IMG/VR virus record: IMGVR_UViG_3300017763_000002
Span: 62,001 to 126,000 of that record
Direction: 5' to 3' (one strand)
DNA length: 64,000 nt
Position numbers and translations under genes: made by a program
Notes under the pieces: model-generated
What the model saw: the letters and a program-made list of their open reading frames with translations, nothing else
The model's database searches: none
Told to the model about the DNA's origin: nothing
Shown: positions 53,798 to 63,967 of the stretch, piece after piece
How positions within the stretch are numbered: the stretch's first letter is position 1
Layout of the letters: every line of letters starts with the position of its first letter

Positions 53798-56700
53798 TTA
53801 GGTACTCTGTGTTAAATCTACTATCTCCACTATTTCTGGAGCCACTGGAGCCTCCATAGAAACTTGTGGGGGTATAGGGAATACTGGCTTTTGTATAGCA
53901 AGATCTTTTTCTATTAAGTCAAATTTGTCCCTATTATATTCTGAAGCTTTAATTTTATATTTTCCGGGATCCACTTCATCAATAGACACAATTCTATATT
54001 GCATTCTGCCCACATTTTTAAAGCTGTTTATATTTGCAACCATGTCGTTCTCAAAATTCTGGATTGAACTTTGTGAGCTATATGTATCAGGAGAAAAACC
54101 AGACAAATCACTTTCTAAAACTTCTCTATTTGAAATTCTAATATACTTTCCAGAACCAATTGCAGATACATCGAAAGAAGATTGACCAAGAACGATTGTT
54201 CCTGGCAACGTCGATCCTGTAGCTGAAGAGATATGGTATATGTCAGAATCTAATTCAACTCTCTCTAAAAAATATTTAGGCTCTAGAGTTACATTACCAG
54301 ATCCTATGGGCTCATGAACTAAGAATACATTTTGAGATATTTGCTTAATCCAACCTCCGTTTTCTCGATCCCCTCCAAGCCTAAAACTTTTTAACCAGCT
54401 GGCGTTCGGCGTGTTATATTTATATTGAAATTTGCTTTGATCAAAAGAGCCACCAACATCTATAATAACCTGTATATCTCCCAACCCTAAACCCTTCGAA
54501 GACTTCTGCCTAAGAGTTACCTTCTTTTGTGTTGAAGAGCTATCAAAATTTGATATATCAAAAATTTTATACCTCCCTAGCCAAGGAGACTTTTTATATA
54601 CTGAATCAGGTATATCCTCTCCGCCTAACTGCTGGTGAATAAAGTCTGTTTCTGCTGTGTCGTATTCTTGTATTGATTGTAAAGCATTTCTTTTGTATCC
54701 TCTTATCGACCAGACTGCGCCAATAGGTATTTCTGATAAATTTTGCAAAGTTTTTTGATTGTTTCCATATACATAATAATAATGCTCTCCACCTGGAATT
54801 TCTGGATATTCATTACCAGTCTCAACTTGAAAACCTCCGTCTTGAATTTGAACTAAAGTGCCACCATCAGAAATTTCAAAAGTATTTTTTTGTTGTGCTG
54901 CATCACTAATTAAAACTGTATAGTCTTTATTAGATTCTATTCCTGTAGGAAGCCTTCCGAAAGTTGTAAACCTTATAACGTCTCCATTAATAAGCCCATG
55001 GCTATTACTTAGAATGGTTGAGCCTCCAACGATCACATTAAATTTAAACTTAGATTTTAAATCTATTATAGAGTTAGAAACGTGATCAACAAATCCATCA
55101 AAATAAAGTAGTTGCGGACGAGATATTCCAGATATCATAGACATTTGCTCTTGAACATCAAAAGAATCTAAATTTTTTGCAAGACCAAACATTTTTTTAT
55201 ATAAACCAGTTTTATCTTTAGCCCCTTCTGAATTCTCTCCAACACTCTCATATCCCCTACCACACATAATTGTCAGCTCTACAGGATTTCTAGCGTCATT
55301 AGGCATGCTAGGGTTGTAAAAAGACAAATCATCCATAACTTTATCTACCAATACAGATCTTGAAGAAGTTTGTATTTTCTTAATTCTTCCATTTGCATTC
55401 TCTCCGTAGCGTCGAGAATCAGACACTTCAATTATCGCCCCTGGAGCAAGTAAAGAAGCTTCCATTCCAGTCTCAAAAGTAACATATTCATTTTCTAAGT
55501 TTGGAGCAAGAACCGTAAACTTAGCCAGCCTTCTGGCTTGTCCCCTAGAGGTGCATCCTACAGCCAGGATCTCTTCTAATTTATAACCAAACTTATCAAT
55601 TCCACCAGAATCTTCGTAGTACTCTACCTTACTCCTAAAATCATCAAACTTATCTGCGTACCTAACCTTACAAGCTGTAACTCTAGATGTCCTAGGGCTG
55701 CCAGCGTAACTAAAACCTTCTTCCGTTACATTTGAATCGGCGAATATCATGGATGGGTCCTTTTTAAACTCAGAAGCAAAAGATACTTTTCCTGCGCTGT
55801 AGGCAACAACCGTTCTAAATACAGTACATATTTCTTTTACAGCTCTCAACGCTTCTTCTTTTTCTTTGAATAACATATTAGCAGAAAACCTAGGCTCAAC
55901 GATTGGGTAACTAACAGACATCACGCAGCTGCCAGTAGAAATTCCAGTTGATTTGTCAGTAGACACGCTATCCCAAAAGTTAGGTCCAATTAAATTTATT
56001 TGTTGAGTTTCAGCATTCACGCTAACAACAGTTCTCTCCTCAATTGATCCGTCGCTCATAAAAAAAGCTATTTTTCTTCCTGCAGCGTACTTAGAATTAC
56101 TATTACCAAGATTAAATTCACTAATAAATGATAGTCGTTTTTCGCTTTGAGAGTTCGTATAGTCGTAATTTATTGTAACTGAAAATGTATTCTCACTTGG
56201 CTTTGTAGACAAAAAGATATTTCTACTTTGTTGAGACGCGGTGCTTGTAAATTTTCTTTTTGGATTTTCTAAAGGAAATCCTGTTTCAACTAGTTCGTCA
56301 CAAAATTTAGCTGCTGCGTAAAGCTTCCATATATCAATGTCTGCTATAGTAAACCCAAAAGAACCAACACCATAACGTCTATTGAGTAATATATCGGCCA
56401 ATATCCAAGCTGGATTATCAGTCCACTCTAAATATTCTTCTGTGATTGCTCCGTATGATAAGTCTTGTTTGCTCTGACCTTTAAAAAGCCCGTCCCAGGC
56501 GCCATGATATTTTCTAGACAAAGGGTTATAATTAGAAGGTACGGCGATTTTCTTTAGTTTCGCTATATAATTTCTTTCTGGAAGTTGCGGGAAGTTTACA
56601 GCGTCAAAAGGAACTTTAACACAAGCCACTCCTGGGTGAGAATATTTTATCGTCTTACCCATTAATCCGTCCATCGAAGTTATAGCAGACAAACTCATGT

Positions 56701-58696
56701 TTGTAGATTTCTCTCTAAGATCTTTTGGGTCGCTAAGTTCTCTTGTTAAGCGACAAAGAGTAAGAACCAAGCTTTCGTTTGGACCAAAATAAGGTAGAGC
56801 AAAATGCATATCCAATCCAGCGGGGCTTGTACATATTCCGTTGATAATTATTTCGGAGTGCTGAGTCTTACCACACAAGTAAATCATTCCATCAGCACCC
56901 AAAACACGGAATCCCCCTCTATTACTTGTTCCGTATTTTTTGTAAGTTTCTTTCTTTATCAAAGGCATAATCTTGTCATAATAATTATACGAGACTTCAG
57001 TCGCAGATTTACCAGTCCTCAAAGACGAAACTATATCTACTAATATTTCCCCTGTACTAGTTCTTTCATTTCTATATTGATCGTCTGCATAAATATCATC
57101 TATCGCCTCAATTAAATTCTTACCTCCTAAGTTTGCAAAATTATTAGAACCGCTAAGAATTTCAGTAGATGATATTGCTAATCTAAATTTCTCCACGAAA
57201 TTAAATATGCTATTACAAAGCGAAAATACCGAGTTATCCCCAAAAAATATTGCTCTTGAAAATTGAATAATTAAAAAAGAAGAGCTTGATGACCATGTAA
57301 CTGGATCTTGTGCTTGATTTTCAGAACTTAAAAAACTAAGCACTCTTCTTTGTGAATTGCTGGTAGAAGACCAGGTTGTTCCTCCGTCTCCTCCGCCCCA
57401 GCCCTTTTCCCTGGGATATACCAATGGTATTGTTGCTGGCCCATCTCGAAGACAAGCTACCACCTTAATCTCCATACCGCTAGTTCCCGATACAGACTTA
57501 GACCTTGCGCCAATACCAAAAAACCCTCTCCTCACCCTTTGATCTGTCCAATTATGAAACATTTGTTTGGGCGAAAAGGTGACTTTAAGCATTTGAGTGT
57601 GAGTTCTAGTGATTGGGTAAGAAAATACCTTAGCTCCATTTGCTTGGGCATCCTGAAATACCGTAGGCAGTCCAGTCAGTACGGCTGGAGGTTTATTAGA
57701 TCCTTTGTCTGGCCCAGGCAGACCAGAAGAAGAAGAGCTCTCGGATTCTCCCGCAACAAAAAAACCATAAGCTGGCTCAAATCTTCCATCCATATAACCA
57801 AGAGTTCCCGTAGGCTGCACATCGTTTTCATTAAGTAAAAAATTTAAAGTTTGAGTTGGATGGTTCATTATAGCCATGTCCGATAAAAATATTGACTTTA
57901 ATGCTAAGTTGTCATTAAAAGTTCTATATGAATTCATATCTCCGTCGTTTTTAACTCCGCAGATATTACCAGCACCATCACATAGCCCTGCTATTGGTCC
58001 TTCAGATATTACATCATATACATTATATGTAGTAAAAGTTTCTATCAGTGCTCCTTTGGCCGCCCCAGACTTATCTTTATTAGTTCTATTGTATGATATT
58101 GTATTAGACCCTATTTTAAGAGTTCCGTACCCCACAGGAATAGGGGCTCCTTGAGCGGTAGTGTTCGGCCGATCGTCAAACAGATATGATTTTGTTCTTC
58201 GCGTTTGATCGCTAACCTTAGGAGATGGAAACAATGCGTTAGCAATGCCTGATATAGCTATTGGGGCTAATATACTAAAAGCCATACTACTTAAACTCAT
58301 GCCTCCTATAGCGGTCGCAGCAGCACCTATGCCTGCAGCCGCAGCACCAATCAAAGGAGCAACAATAAACTTACCATCAACTATAGGTATAAAATGTATT
58401 TCATCATCACTAGAACTGCAGCTTAAATTTTTATCAGTACAAAATATATCTTTTAATAAATCTTCATCAAACTTATCTTTTTTTAAAAAATTAGATATTT
58501 TCTTTCTTTTCTTCTCTCCTATAGAAGCTATTGCAAAATCACCGCCTTCTTGAGCTAGATTTATTAACACTTGTCTAAACCTTCCATCAGTGTTTACATC
58601 TATGGCTTCTACAGCTTCTGAAGGAGACGCAACATTAAGCTCCCACTCTTCATCAAAGTGATCCTTAAAAACGCCGTGCAAGAAAATCTTTTTCAT
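53798..58696 (-). CDS. Tail tip protein: lambda gpI-like N-terminus fused to gpJ-like core
   Basis: gpI-like MKKIFLHG..WELNVASPSEAVEAI..IHFIPIVDG; QGAPIPVGYG; DVISEGPIAGL; WTDNPAWIL..RYGVG..FCDELV..EPRF; GCTSRGQARR; YRIVSIDE..ASEYNRDKF. Confidence 0.88.
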   Translation of the reverse strand: MKKIFLHGVFKDHFDEEWELNVASPSEAVEAIDVNTDGRFRQVLINLAQEGGDFAIASIGEKKRKKISNFLKKDKFDEDLLKDIFCTDKNLSCSSSDDEIHFIPIVDGKFIVAPLIGAAAAGIGAAATAIGGMSLSSMAFSILAPIAISGIANALFPSPKVSDQTRRTKSYLFDDRPNTTAQGAPIPVGYGTLKIGSNTISYNRTNKDKSGAAKGALIETFTTYNVYDVISEGPIAGLCDGAGNICGVKNDGDMNSYRTFNDNLALKSIFLSDMAIMNHPTQTLNFLLNENDVQPTGTLGYMDGRFEPAYGFFVAGESESSSSSGLPGPDKGSNKPPAVLTGLPTVFQDAQANGAKVFSYPITRTHTQMLKVTFSPKQMFHNWTDQRVRRGFFGIGARSKSVSGTSGMEIKVVACLRDGPATIPLVYPREKGWGGGDGGTTWSSTSNSQRRVLSFLSSENQAQDPVTWSSSSSFLIIQFSRAIFFGDNSVFSLCNSIFNFVEKFRLAISSTEILSGSNNFANLGGKNLIEAIDDIYADDQYRNERTSTGEILVDIVSSLRTGKSATEVSYNYYDKIMPLIKKETYKKYGTSNRGGFRVLGADGMIYLCGKTQHSEIIINGICTSPAGLDMHFALPYFGPNESLVLTLCRLTRELSDPKDLREKSTNMSLSAITSMDGLMGKTIKYSHPGVACVKVPFDAVNFPQLPERNYIAKLKKIAVPSNYNPLSRKYHGAWDGLFKGQSKQDLSYGAITEEYLEWTDNPAWILADILLNRRYGVGSFGFTIADIDIWKLYAAAKFCDELVETGFPLENPKRKFTSTASQQSRNIFLSTKPSENTFSVTINYDYTNSQSEKRLSFISEFNLGNSNSKYAAGRKIAFFMSDGSIEERTVVSVNAETQQINLIGPNFWDSVSTDKSTGISTGSCVMSVSYPIVEPRFSANMLFKEKEEALRAVKEICTVFRTVVAYSAGKVSFASEFKKDPSMIFADSNVTEEGFSYAGSPRTSRVTACKVRYADKFDDFRSKVEYYEDSGGIDKFGYKLEEILAVGCTSRGQARRLAKFTVLAPNLENEYVTFETGMEASLLAPGAIIEVSDSRRYGENANGRIKKIQTSSRSVLVDKVMDDLSFYNPSMPNDARNPVELTIMCGRGYESVGENSEGAKDKTGLYKKMFGLAKNLDSFDVQEQMSMISGISRPQLLYFDGFVDHVSNSIIDLKSKFKFNVIVGGSTILSNSHGLINGDVIRFTTFGRLPTGIESNKDYTVLISDAAQQKNTFEISDGGTLVQIQDGGFQVETGNEYPEIPGGEHYYYVYGNNQKTLQNLSEIPIGAVWSIRGYKRNALQSIQEYDTAETDFIHQQLGGEDIPDSVYKKSPWLGRYKIFDISNFDSSSTQKKVTLRQKSSKGLGLGDIQVIIDVGGSFDQSKFQYKYNTPNASWLKSFRLGGDRENGGWIKQISQNVFLVHEPIGSGNVTLEPKYFLERVELDSDIYHISSATGSTLPGTIVLGQSSFDVSAIGSGKYIRISNREVLESDLSGFSPDTYSSQSSIQNFENDMVANINSFKNVGRMQYRIVSIDEVDPGKYKIKASEYNRDKFDLIEKDLAIQKPVFPIPPQVSMEAPVAPEIVEIVDLTQST

Positions 58697-58699
58697 ACC

Positions 58700-59044
58700 T
58701 TATACCTTTATAGGTTTACACCCTTCCTCATTAAAAAATACAAAATTATCATAAATACAACTATATATTAAAAGAGGAATGGCATGATTACGAAAGATAT
58801 CCTTATCTTTCTCAGAAGGGTGTGCGTCAGATTGAGGGTGGGAATGAAAAATTGAGTGGATTTTATCTTTAAGTAAAATAACCTTTGGGTCTATCTTGAA
58901 ATTGCTACTTTTATCTTCAGCAAGATTCTCCATTTTCATAAACACTAGTTCATCAAACTGGAATATGACTCCAGCGATTTCGTTAGAACTTAACCTGGAC
59001 TCGGCTTTAATTCCTTCAAGTAATAGAGTAGAATATTCACACAT
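58700..59044 (-). CDS. JAB/MPN-domain tail assembly protein (gpK N-domain-like)
   Basis: EIAGVI..IFHSHPQSDAHPSEKD is a JAMM motif. Start refined to ATG 59044 after AGGTGA. Confidence 0.75.
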   Translation of the reverse strand: MCEYSTLLLEGIKAESRLSSNEIAGVIFQFDELVFMKMENLAEDKSSNFKIDPKVILLKDKIHSIFHSHPQSDAHPSEKDKDIFRNHAIPLLIYSCIYDNFVFFNEEGCKPIKV

Positions 59045-59045
59045 C

Positions 59046-60077
59046 TCACCTGTGCTTAAAGCTAGCGGTTTCTGGAAAACCACCAAAAGGTACAGCTTCT
59101 CCGTTAGATAAGTTGGCTCCCCACCTTTTCAAGCAAGAAGATAAAGTTCTCTCGCAACTATCTAGTATCCAAAAGTCTTTAGATATATATGGATTAGGAG
59201 ATGGATCTTCGTGCGCTTGAATACACACAAATATAGAAGGCACGTATGGTTCTTTGTGTCCTGGCCAATTAACAACGTTACCTTTCTCGTAACCTCTATC
59301 AACGTCCCACTTAATACTGTCTAGAAAATGTTGCTTATTGCCACCCCAACTATTACTTTGTATAACCTCATTAGTTCTTGGGTCGGTAAATTTAGTTATA
59401 CCGTATTTTGCAAATGTAGATCCCGTTTCAGTGCCACAAGGTCCACCAGAATAACCACAACCAAGACCTCTATACCTAAACGAACAGTGGTCTGCTAGCA
59501 TTTCTCTCGCAGGAAATATAATACCCTCCATCTCCAACATGGAAGTTAGTTCAAATTCTATACTCTCTTTAGTTTCAGCGGTTTTCCTGTTTATATAAAA
59601 TATATCATCAGGCAAATGCGCGTTAGGGTCAGACATTTTACTTGGATTAACTGGCGCCCCGCTTCGAGATCTAAAATTAGCATCATCTAAAAATTTTACG
59701 AACGTTCTTTTTCTAGTTACCTTACATCCATGAAAATCATAATTCATCAAAACAATTGTAGATAGCAGTCCAGAAGGGTTAGCGATAGATAGCTTTGGCC
59801 TTGGTAGCCTTCCATCAGAAGGCAACTCAAAATCAGTTGTAAATATCGGTAGGGGTTGATAAGATTTACCCTGCCAAATAATAGGGTTGGTATTATTAAC
59901 AGAAGCACAAAATCTATATACAGGCTCGGGCCCCAAATCGGTCTTGTGTTTTTTACTTAAAAAAGAAAAATCATTTTGCAAATGAGAGAAATCTATTTCA
60001 AACATTTCTACAATCGCATCTGATTCTAGTTTAAATATTTCTTTTGTTATATTTTTTTCTGAACTTCCAGGTTCCAT
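59046..60077 (-). CDS. Minor tail protein L (lambda gpL-like)
   Basis: IVEMFEIDF; IIWQGKSYQPLPI; LPRPKLSIAN; KVTRKRTFVKFLD; IEFELTS; Fe-S Cys CSFRYRGLGCGY..C..C; PFGGFP. Confidence 0.88.
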   Translation of the reverse strand: MEPGSSEKNITKEIFKLESDAIVEMFEIDFSHLQNDFSFLSKKHKTDLGPEPVYRFCASVNNTNPIIWQGKSYQPLPIFTTDFELPSDGRLPRPKLSIANPSGLLSTIVLMNYDFHGCKVTRKRTFVKFLDDANFRSRSGAPVNPSKMSDPNAHLPDDIFYINRKTAETKESIEFELTSMLEMEGIIFPAREMLADHCSFRYRGLGCGYSGGPCGTETGSTFAKYGITKFTDPRTNEVIQSNSWGGNKQHFLDSIKWDVDRGYEKGNVVNWPGHKEPYVPSIFVCIQAHEDPSPNPYISKDFWILDSCERTLSSCLKRWGANLSNGEAVPFGGFPETASFKHR

Positions 60078-63000
60078 TACTTAATTTTCGAGCCTCCTTT
60101 TAAATTTGTAGAAGATTGGTTATTTATTGTTAAATTACCACTATAATATATTAGTGCAAACCCAGCTTTTCCACCACTCACAGCAAACATTTTTGATTGA
60201 TCATTATCACTTCCGTCTTCTCCTGGACCTCCTCCATTAGCCCCAGGCTGCATTTCATATAGAAGAGAATGTGTTTTTGCTGCGCCTCCTGTTCCTCCAG
60301 AATCTATACTGCCAGATACACCCATGATATTACCAGACTCCCCCATTCCAGCTCCACCACCGCCACCGCCACTAAAGTCTATAAAGGATGAAACAGATAT
60401 GGGCCAGTCAAAATATTGATCTTGATCTACATTGCCTCCTGCACCGCCACCACCGCCTCCAAAAACACCTCCGGATGCAGGTAGGTTTATAACAAAGTTA
60501 ACAAGAACATTTGTTTCAGAAATCTCTAAAGCATTTCCACCCTTATCCCCAGATTGCGGCGGCGTTAAATACGGAATGGAAGTTTTACTTCCGTCGTTTT
60601 CATCCATCTTTCCCTCAGAAAACATACCATCACCACCTCGACCTCCCTTTCCGATTACAAAAGCATTTTCTTTAATATTGATATTTACATTTTGATGAGC
60701 AAGAAACCCAGAACCTGATGTTATCGCTGGTTGATCAGTAGATTCTGATAATATCACCCCATATATATTAAAGTTTATTATTTTTATATCCGATAGAGCA
60801 AATCCTTGAGCGTTTGCCTCCTCAATTAATATAGATTTAAGATTTATATTTGCAAGAGAACTCACACCAAGATTTTCTATCACGATAGCATCTACTGTAG
60901 CAGAGTCTTCATTAGATATTGCCACAAAAGAATCCATCTCTCTAGCATTATCCCCAGTCTTTACAGCTAAAATATCTCCATCAGAACCAGATATCCCAGC
61001 AAAAGTAAAGGCAGATAAATCAGAAACATACCTCCATGACCCAGAATGAAAAACAACTCCCAGAGCCAGCAAACCCTCTACCCCATTATTTAAAAGTATA
61101 GAGTTTAATTCTTCTTGATTTTGAGGCTCTGCAAGTTTTCCAGACTCTCGCATTGCGCTTGCTTTAAAATTATCAATTTGATTTACTGGGTCTACAGCAT
61201 GAACTTCTGAGAATAAATCTGCTGAGTATTTCTTAATATATATATCTCCAGCCAATTCTGTTCCATTTATTTCTATATCTATCGTTTCTTCTTTAGATCT
61301 TTCGTAAGCTATGTGTGCGTTAACTTCGGCTGAATTAGTTTGAGTATCTGTAGATCCTTCGGTATTATATTGCAGGTTAAGTTTAGCCGCATAAGCTTCG
61401 TTTTGTTCAGAATCAGATGCGTTAGCAAAAATTTCTACATATATTTTTTCTCCAGGATCTAAATGTGTTTTATTTTGCAGCAAATATGCGCTTTGGTGAG
61501 TCGTGGGAGCCGACCTGCTTGTTAAAGTTCCATTTGCAGAATCAATTTGAGATATTCTCCCTAAATTATCTTGAGCGAACACATTTGATCCAGTAAGATA
61601 AATAAATACCCCGCTTTCAGAATTATTATAGTTTTCTACGGAAGTTAATAATTGTAAACCTCCAGCAGATGTAGAGTACTCGCCGATTATGCTTTTGGAA
61701 AATCTATTAGATGGATTATCAGTAATGGTTGCCGTTATATTTTCAGCTTTTTTCTCCCCAATGTTTTCTATTTCCACTATATTTCTAAGTTTAAAAGTTT
61801 GCCCAGAGGGAGGAGTTTGTGATGATCTTAAGTCAATATCTGTATTAAATACTAGCCTAGCCTCGTCTTTTTCTGCGGCCACGCTCAAGCCATCAATTTC
61901 GTCATCATCTAATGGGGTATTCTGACCGATGGTAAATTGTTCAAATTTAGCAGACACAGTATGACTATCCTTGAATGCGTAGGTATGAGTCCATTCTGTA
62001 CATACAAATCTACGCTTCCTATTGTATGGAGCAGGAGGAGTATACAAAAAAGATTTGTAACCTAAATGCGACTCTAAGAAATGTATTATTGCGTAAGCTT
62101 CTTCAGCGCTTCTATTTTCAAATTTCAAAGTGAACTTCAATACATTAATATTAACTTTATTTCCGGGCAAGTATTGAGTATACGCAGAGTTATTACCAGA
62201 TATTTCTATAATGTCAGGGTTATGCTGAACAGTAAATGTTGTAGATGGAAACCAGTGAAATTCTCTAGTCCATATATTTTGATTTATTGATGTAATTTTT
62301 CCTGTAATAAAATGCGTGCTAATAGGCGGATCTCCTCTTGAAGTAGATTCTCCTACATGATAATAGTATCCATCATTCTCTTCTACATATACAACATCAT
62401 TCTTTCTATATACTTTATCCTCGTCATATATATCAGGACGATTAACATACATATAATCATTTCTATTTAAAATGCTTGTGCTATTATTAAAAATACTTAA
62501 ATTTATATTATGAACATCTTCTGTTTCTATTGTATGATCAAATTGAAAGCAATAAAATTTTCTTACTAAGTTTTCTGTATTAAGATATGGAAAAAATAAT
62601 GTAGCACCATCAAGATAAAAACCTTCTATACCTTGATCATAGTCTAAAGTATATTGCCTACTTCCAGATTCTTCGTGTTGTCCTAATTTATTTTCTATAA
62701 AATGAAGTATGGCATTAGCCTCTCTCGAGCTTCTGTTTGTAAAGTTTAAATCAAATGTTGCCTTTAAACTGTTTGGGCCTTTTGGTCGATGAGCTTTGTA
62801 TCCGTCGCCGTATGCATTTTCTGTATTTTCTGAAGAGAATGTTACAGATGATCCGTAGTCTGGATCGAATATAAAATAATCTTTAGTCCAGTTTGCCTCG
62901 AACGTATTATCTAAAAATGGATCTACATCTGGGTCTTCAACAACCTTAACTAATATTCTTAAACTTTCTGGAGTACTTATAACAGGCATTAGATCTTCCT

Positions 63001-63967
63001 TGGTTATTTGGTGATAGTACTCTCCGCTTGTAGAATAATGAGCAAGGACCATCACAGAATTAGTAAGCCTAGCAATAGAAAAAGTGCCCAAGATTACCTG
63101 ATTTGATCTCTGTATTTGTACGGTCTGTCCTACAGCGAAAGCGTTAACCAAAGGAGTTCCATCATTAGCATGAGTAAAGCCTGTTACGCTACGGTATATC
63201 AATGTTCCCACGTGATTTTCAACTAACGGAACATCTGGAGGATAACATTCACAATTAAAAGTCCTGTCTGTTTCGTCATTAAAATTACGAATATCTTTTT
63301 TGGCATAATAAAAACTATTACTTTCTCTGTGCCTAACTATATCAAATTTTTTATAATCATTAGCTTTACTCCAATATCCTTTATAGTTCTGAACAGAGGA
63401 TATATAATAGTTATCCGCCTCAAGTTCTCCTCCTTCTGGCGAGTCACTGATATTATCAAAATTTATTTGCTCTGTTGTTTCTGTGTTGTATAAGCCTACG
63501 CTGGTAGTTGCCCTGGTTGTGGCAGTAAATCTTTGGTTGTCAACTGAAGCTTGATCTATATTAGATTGCGAGGGGGTTAAACTTTTCTTTACCCAAAAAG
63601 CATTTTGAATTTCTAGGTTAGAACCATTAGGTCCAGTCCAATGAGTAGAGTGATACCATTGATAAGTAGTCCAATCCCCCGTCTCTGACATAAGCTGCGC
63701 AGTAATTTCAACAAGCTTGTGGCCTTCTGTTGGGTTCCAAGAGCTTGAGTCTATAACTTCTGGGGTCATGCCCCCGCTCAACACTGGCATTTGAAAGTTT
63801 TTCAGAGGGCAGCCGCTGTACCCCAAATTGTTTTTAACAGACGACACGTTTTTTGTGCATTCATAAAAACAAGTCAAATTATATCCTGCGTCATCATAAT
63901 ACGTGACGATGTCTCCAACATGATAGTTGCGCTGTGGGTTCCAAAAGCCTGTGTATTTATTACTCAT
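60077..63967 (-). CDS. Minor tail protein with two gpM-like domains and a Gly-rich adhesin-like C-terminus
   Basis: gpM-like FIFDPDY..YGDGY..GPN..FDLNF..AILHFIE and FHWFPS..LKF..AIIHFLESHLGYKSFLYTPP..FVCTEW..VSAKFEQ; W(N/S)xxxxYxxGDIV repeats; polyglycine tail. Confidence 0.75.
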   Translation of the reverse strand: MSNKYTGFWNPQRNYHVGDIVTYYDDAGYNLTCFYECTKNVSSVKNNLGYSGCPLKNFQMPVLSGGMTPEVIDSSSWNPTEGHKLVEITAQLMSETGDWTTYQWYHSTHWTGPNGSNLEIQNAFWVKKSLTPSQSNIDQASVDNQRFTATTRATTSVGLYNTETTEQINFDNISDSPEGGELEADNYYISSVQNYKGYWSKANDYKKFDIVRHRESNSFYYAKKDIRNFNDETDRTFNCECYPPDVPLVENHVGTLIYRSVTGFTHANDGTPLVNAFAVGQTVQIQRSNQVILGTFSIARLTNSVMVLAHYSTSGEYYHQITKEDLMPVISTPESLRILVKVVEDPDVDPFLDNTFEANWTKDYFIFDPDYGSSVTFSSENTENAYGDGYKAHRPKGPNSLKATFDLNFTNRSSREANAILHFIENKLGQHEESGSRQYTLDYDQGIEGFYLDGATLFFPYLNTENLVRKFYCFQFDHTIETEDVHNINLSIFNNSTSILNRNDYMYVNRPDIYDEDKVYRKNDVVYVEENDGYYYHVGESTSRGDPPISTHFITGKITSINQNIWTREFHWFPSTTFTVQHNPDIIEISGNNSAYTQYLPGNKVNINVLKFTLKFENRSAEEAYAIIHFLESHLGYKSFLYTPPAPYNRKRRFVCTEWTHTYAFKDSHTVSAKFEQFTIGQNTPLDDDEIDGLSVAAEKDEARLVFNTDIDLRSSQTPPSGQTFKLRNIVEIENIGEKKAENITATITDNPSNRFSKSIIGEYSTSAGGLQLLTSVENYNNSESGVFIYLTGSNVFAQDNLGRISQIDSANGTLTSRSAPTTHQSAYLLQNKTHLDPGEKIYVEIFANASDSEQNEAYAAKLNLQYNTEGSTDTQTNSAEVNAHIAYERSKEETIDIEINGTELAGDIYIKKYSADLFSEVHAVDPVNQIDNFKASAMRESGKLAEPQNQEELNSILLNNGVEGLLALGVVFHSGSWRYVSDLSAFTFAGISGSDGDILAVKTGDNAREMDSFVAISNEDSATVDAIVIENLGVSSLANINLKSILIEEANAQGFALSDIKIINFNIYGVILSESTDQPAITSGSGFLAHQNVNINIKENAFVIGKGGRGGDGMFSEGKMDENDGSKTSIPYLTPPQSGDKGGNALEISETNVLVNFVINLPASGGVFGGGGGGAGGNVDQDQYFDWPISVSSFIDFSGGGGGGAGMGESGNIMGVSGSIDSGGTGGAAKTHSLLYEMQPGANGGGPGEDGSDNDQSKMFAVSGGKAGFALIYYSGNLTINNQSSTNLKGGSKIK

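Noticed and set aside
58714-58721. GTGTAAAC upstream of the gpI/J gene
   Set aside because: It starts 25 nt before the ATG, outside the 14-15 nt spacing, and lies in coding sequence, so it was not counted (still possible).
2530-62290. Remaining short opposite-strand or alternate-frame ORFs in the track (60-200 aa)
   Set aside because: They are fully nested in well-supported genes, with no motifs or initiation signals, as expected by chance.
43540-63967. Diversity-generating retroelement acting on tail genes
   Set aside because: No reverse transcriptase and no template/variable repeat pair differing at adenines was noticed. One elsewhere in the genome cannot be excluded.
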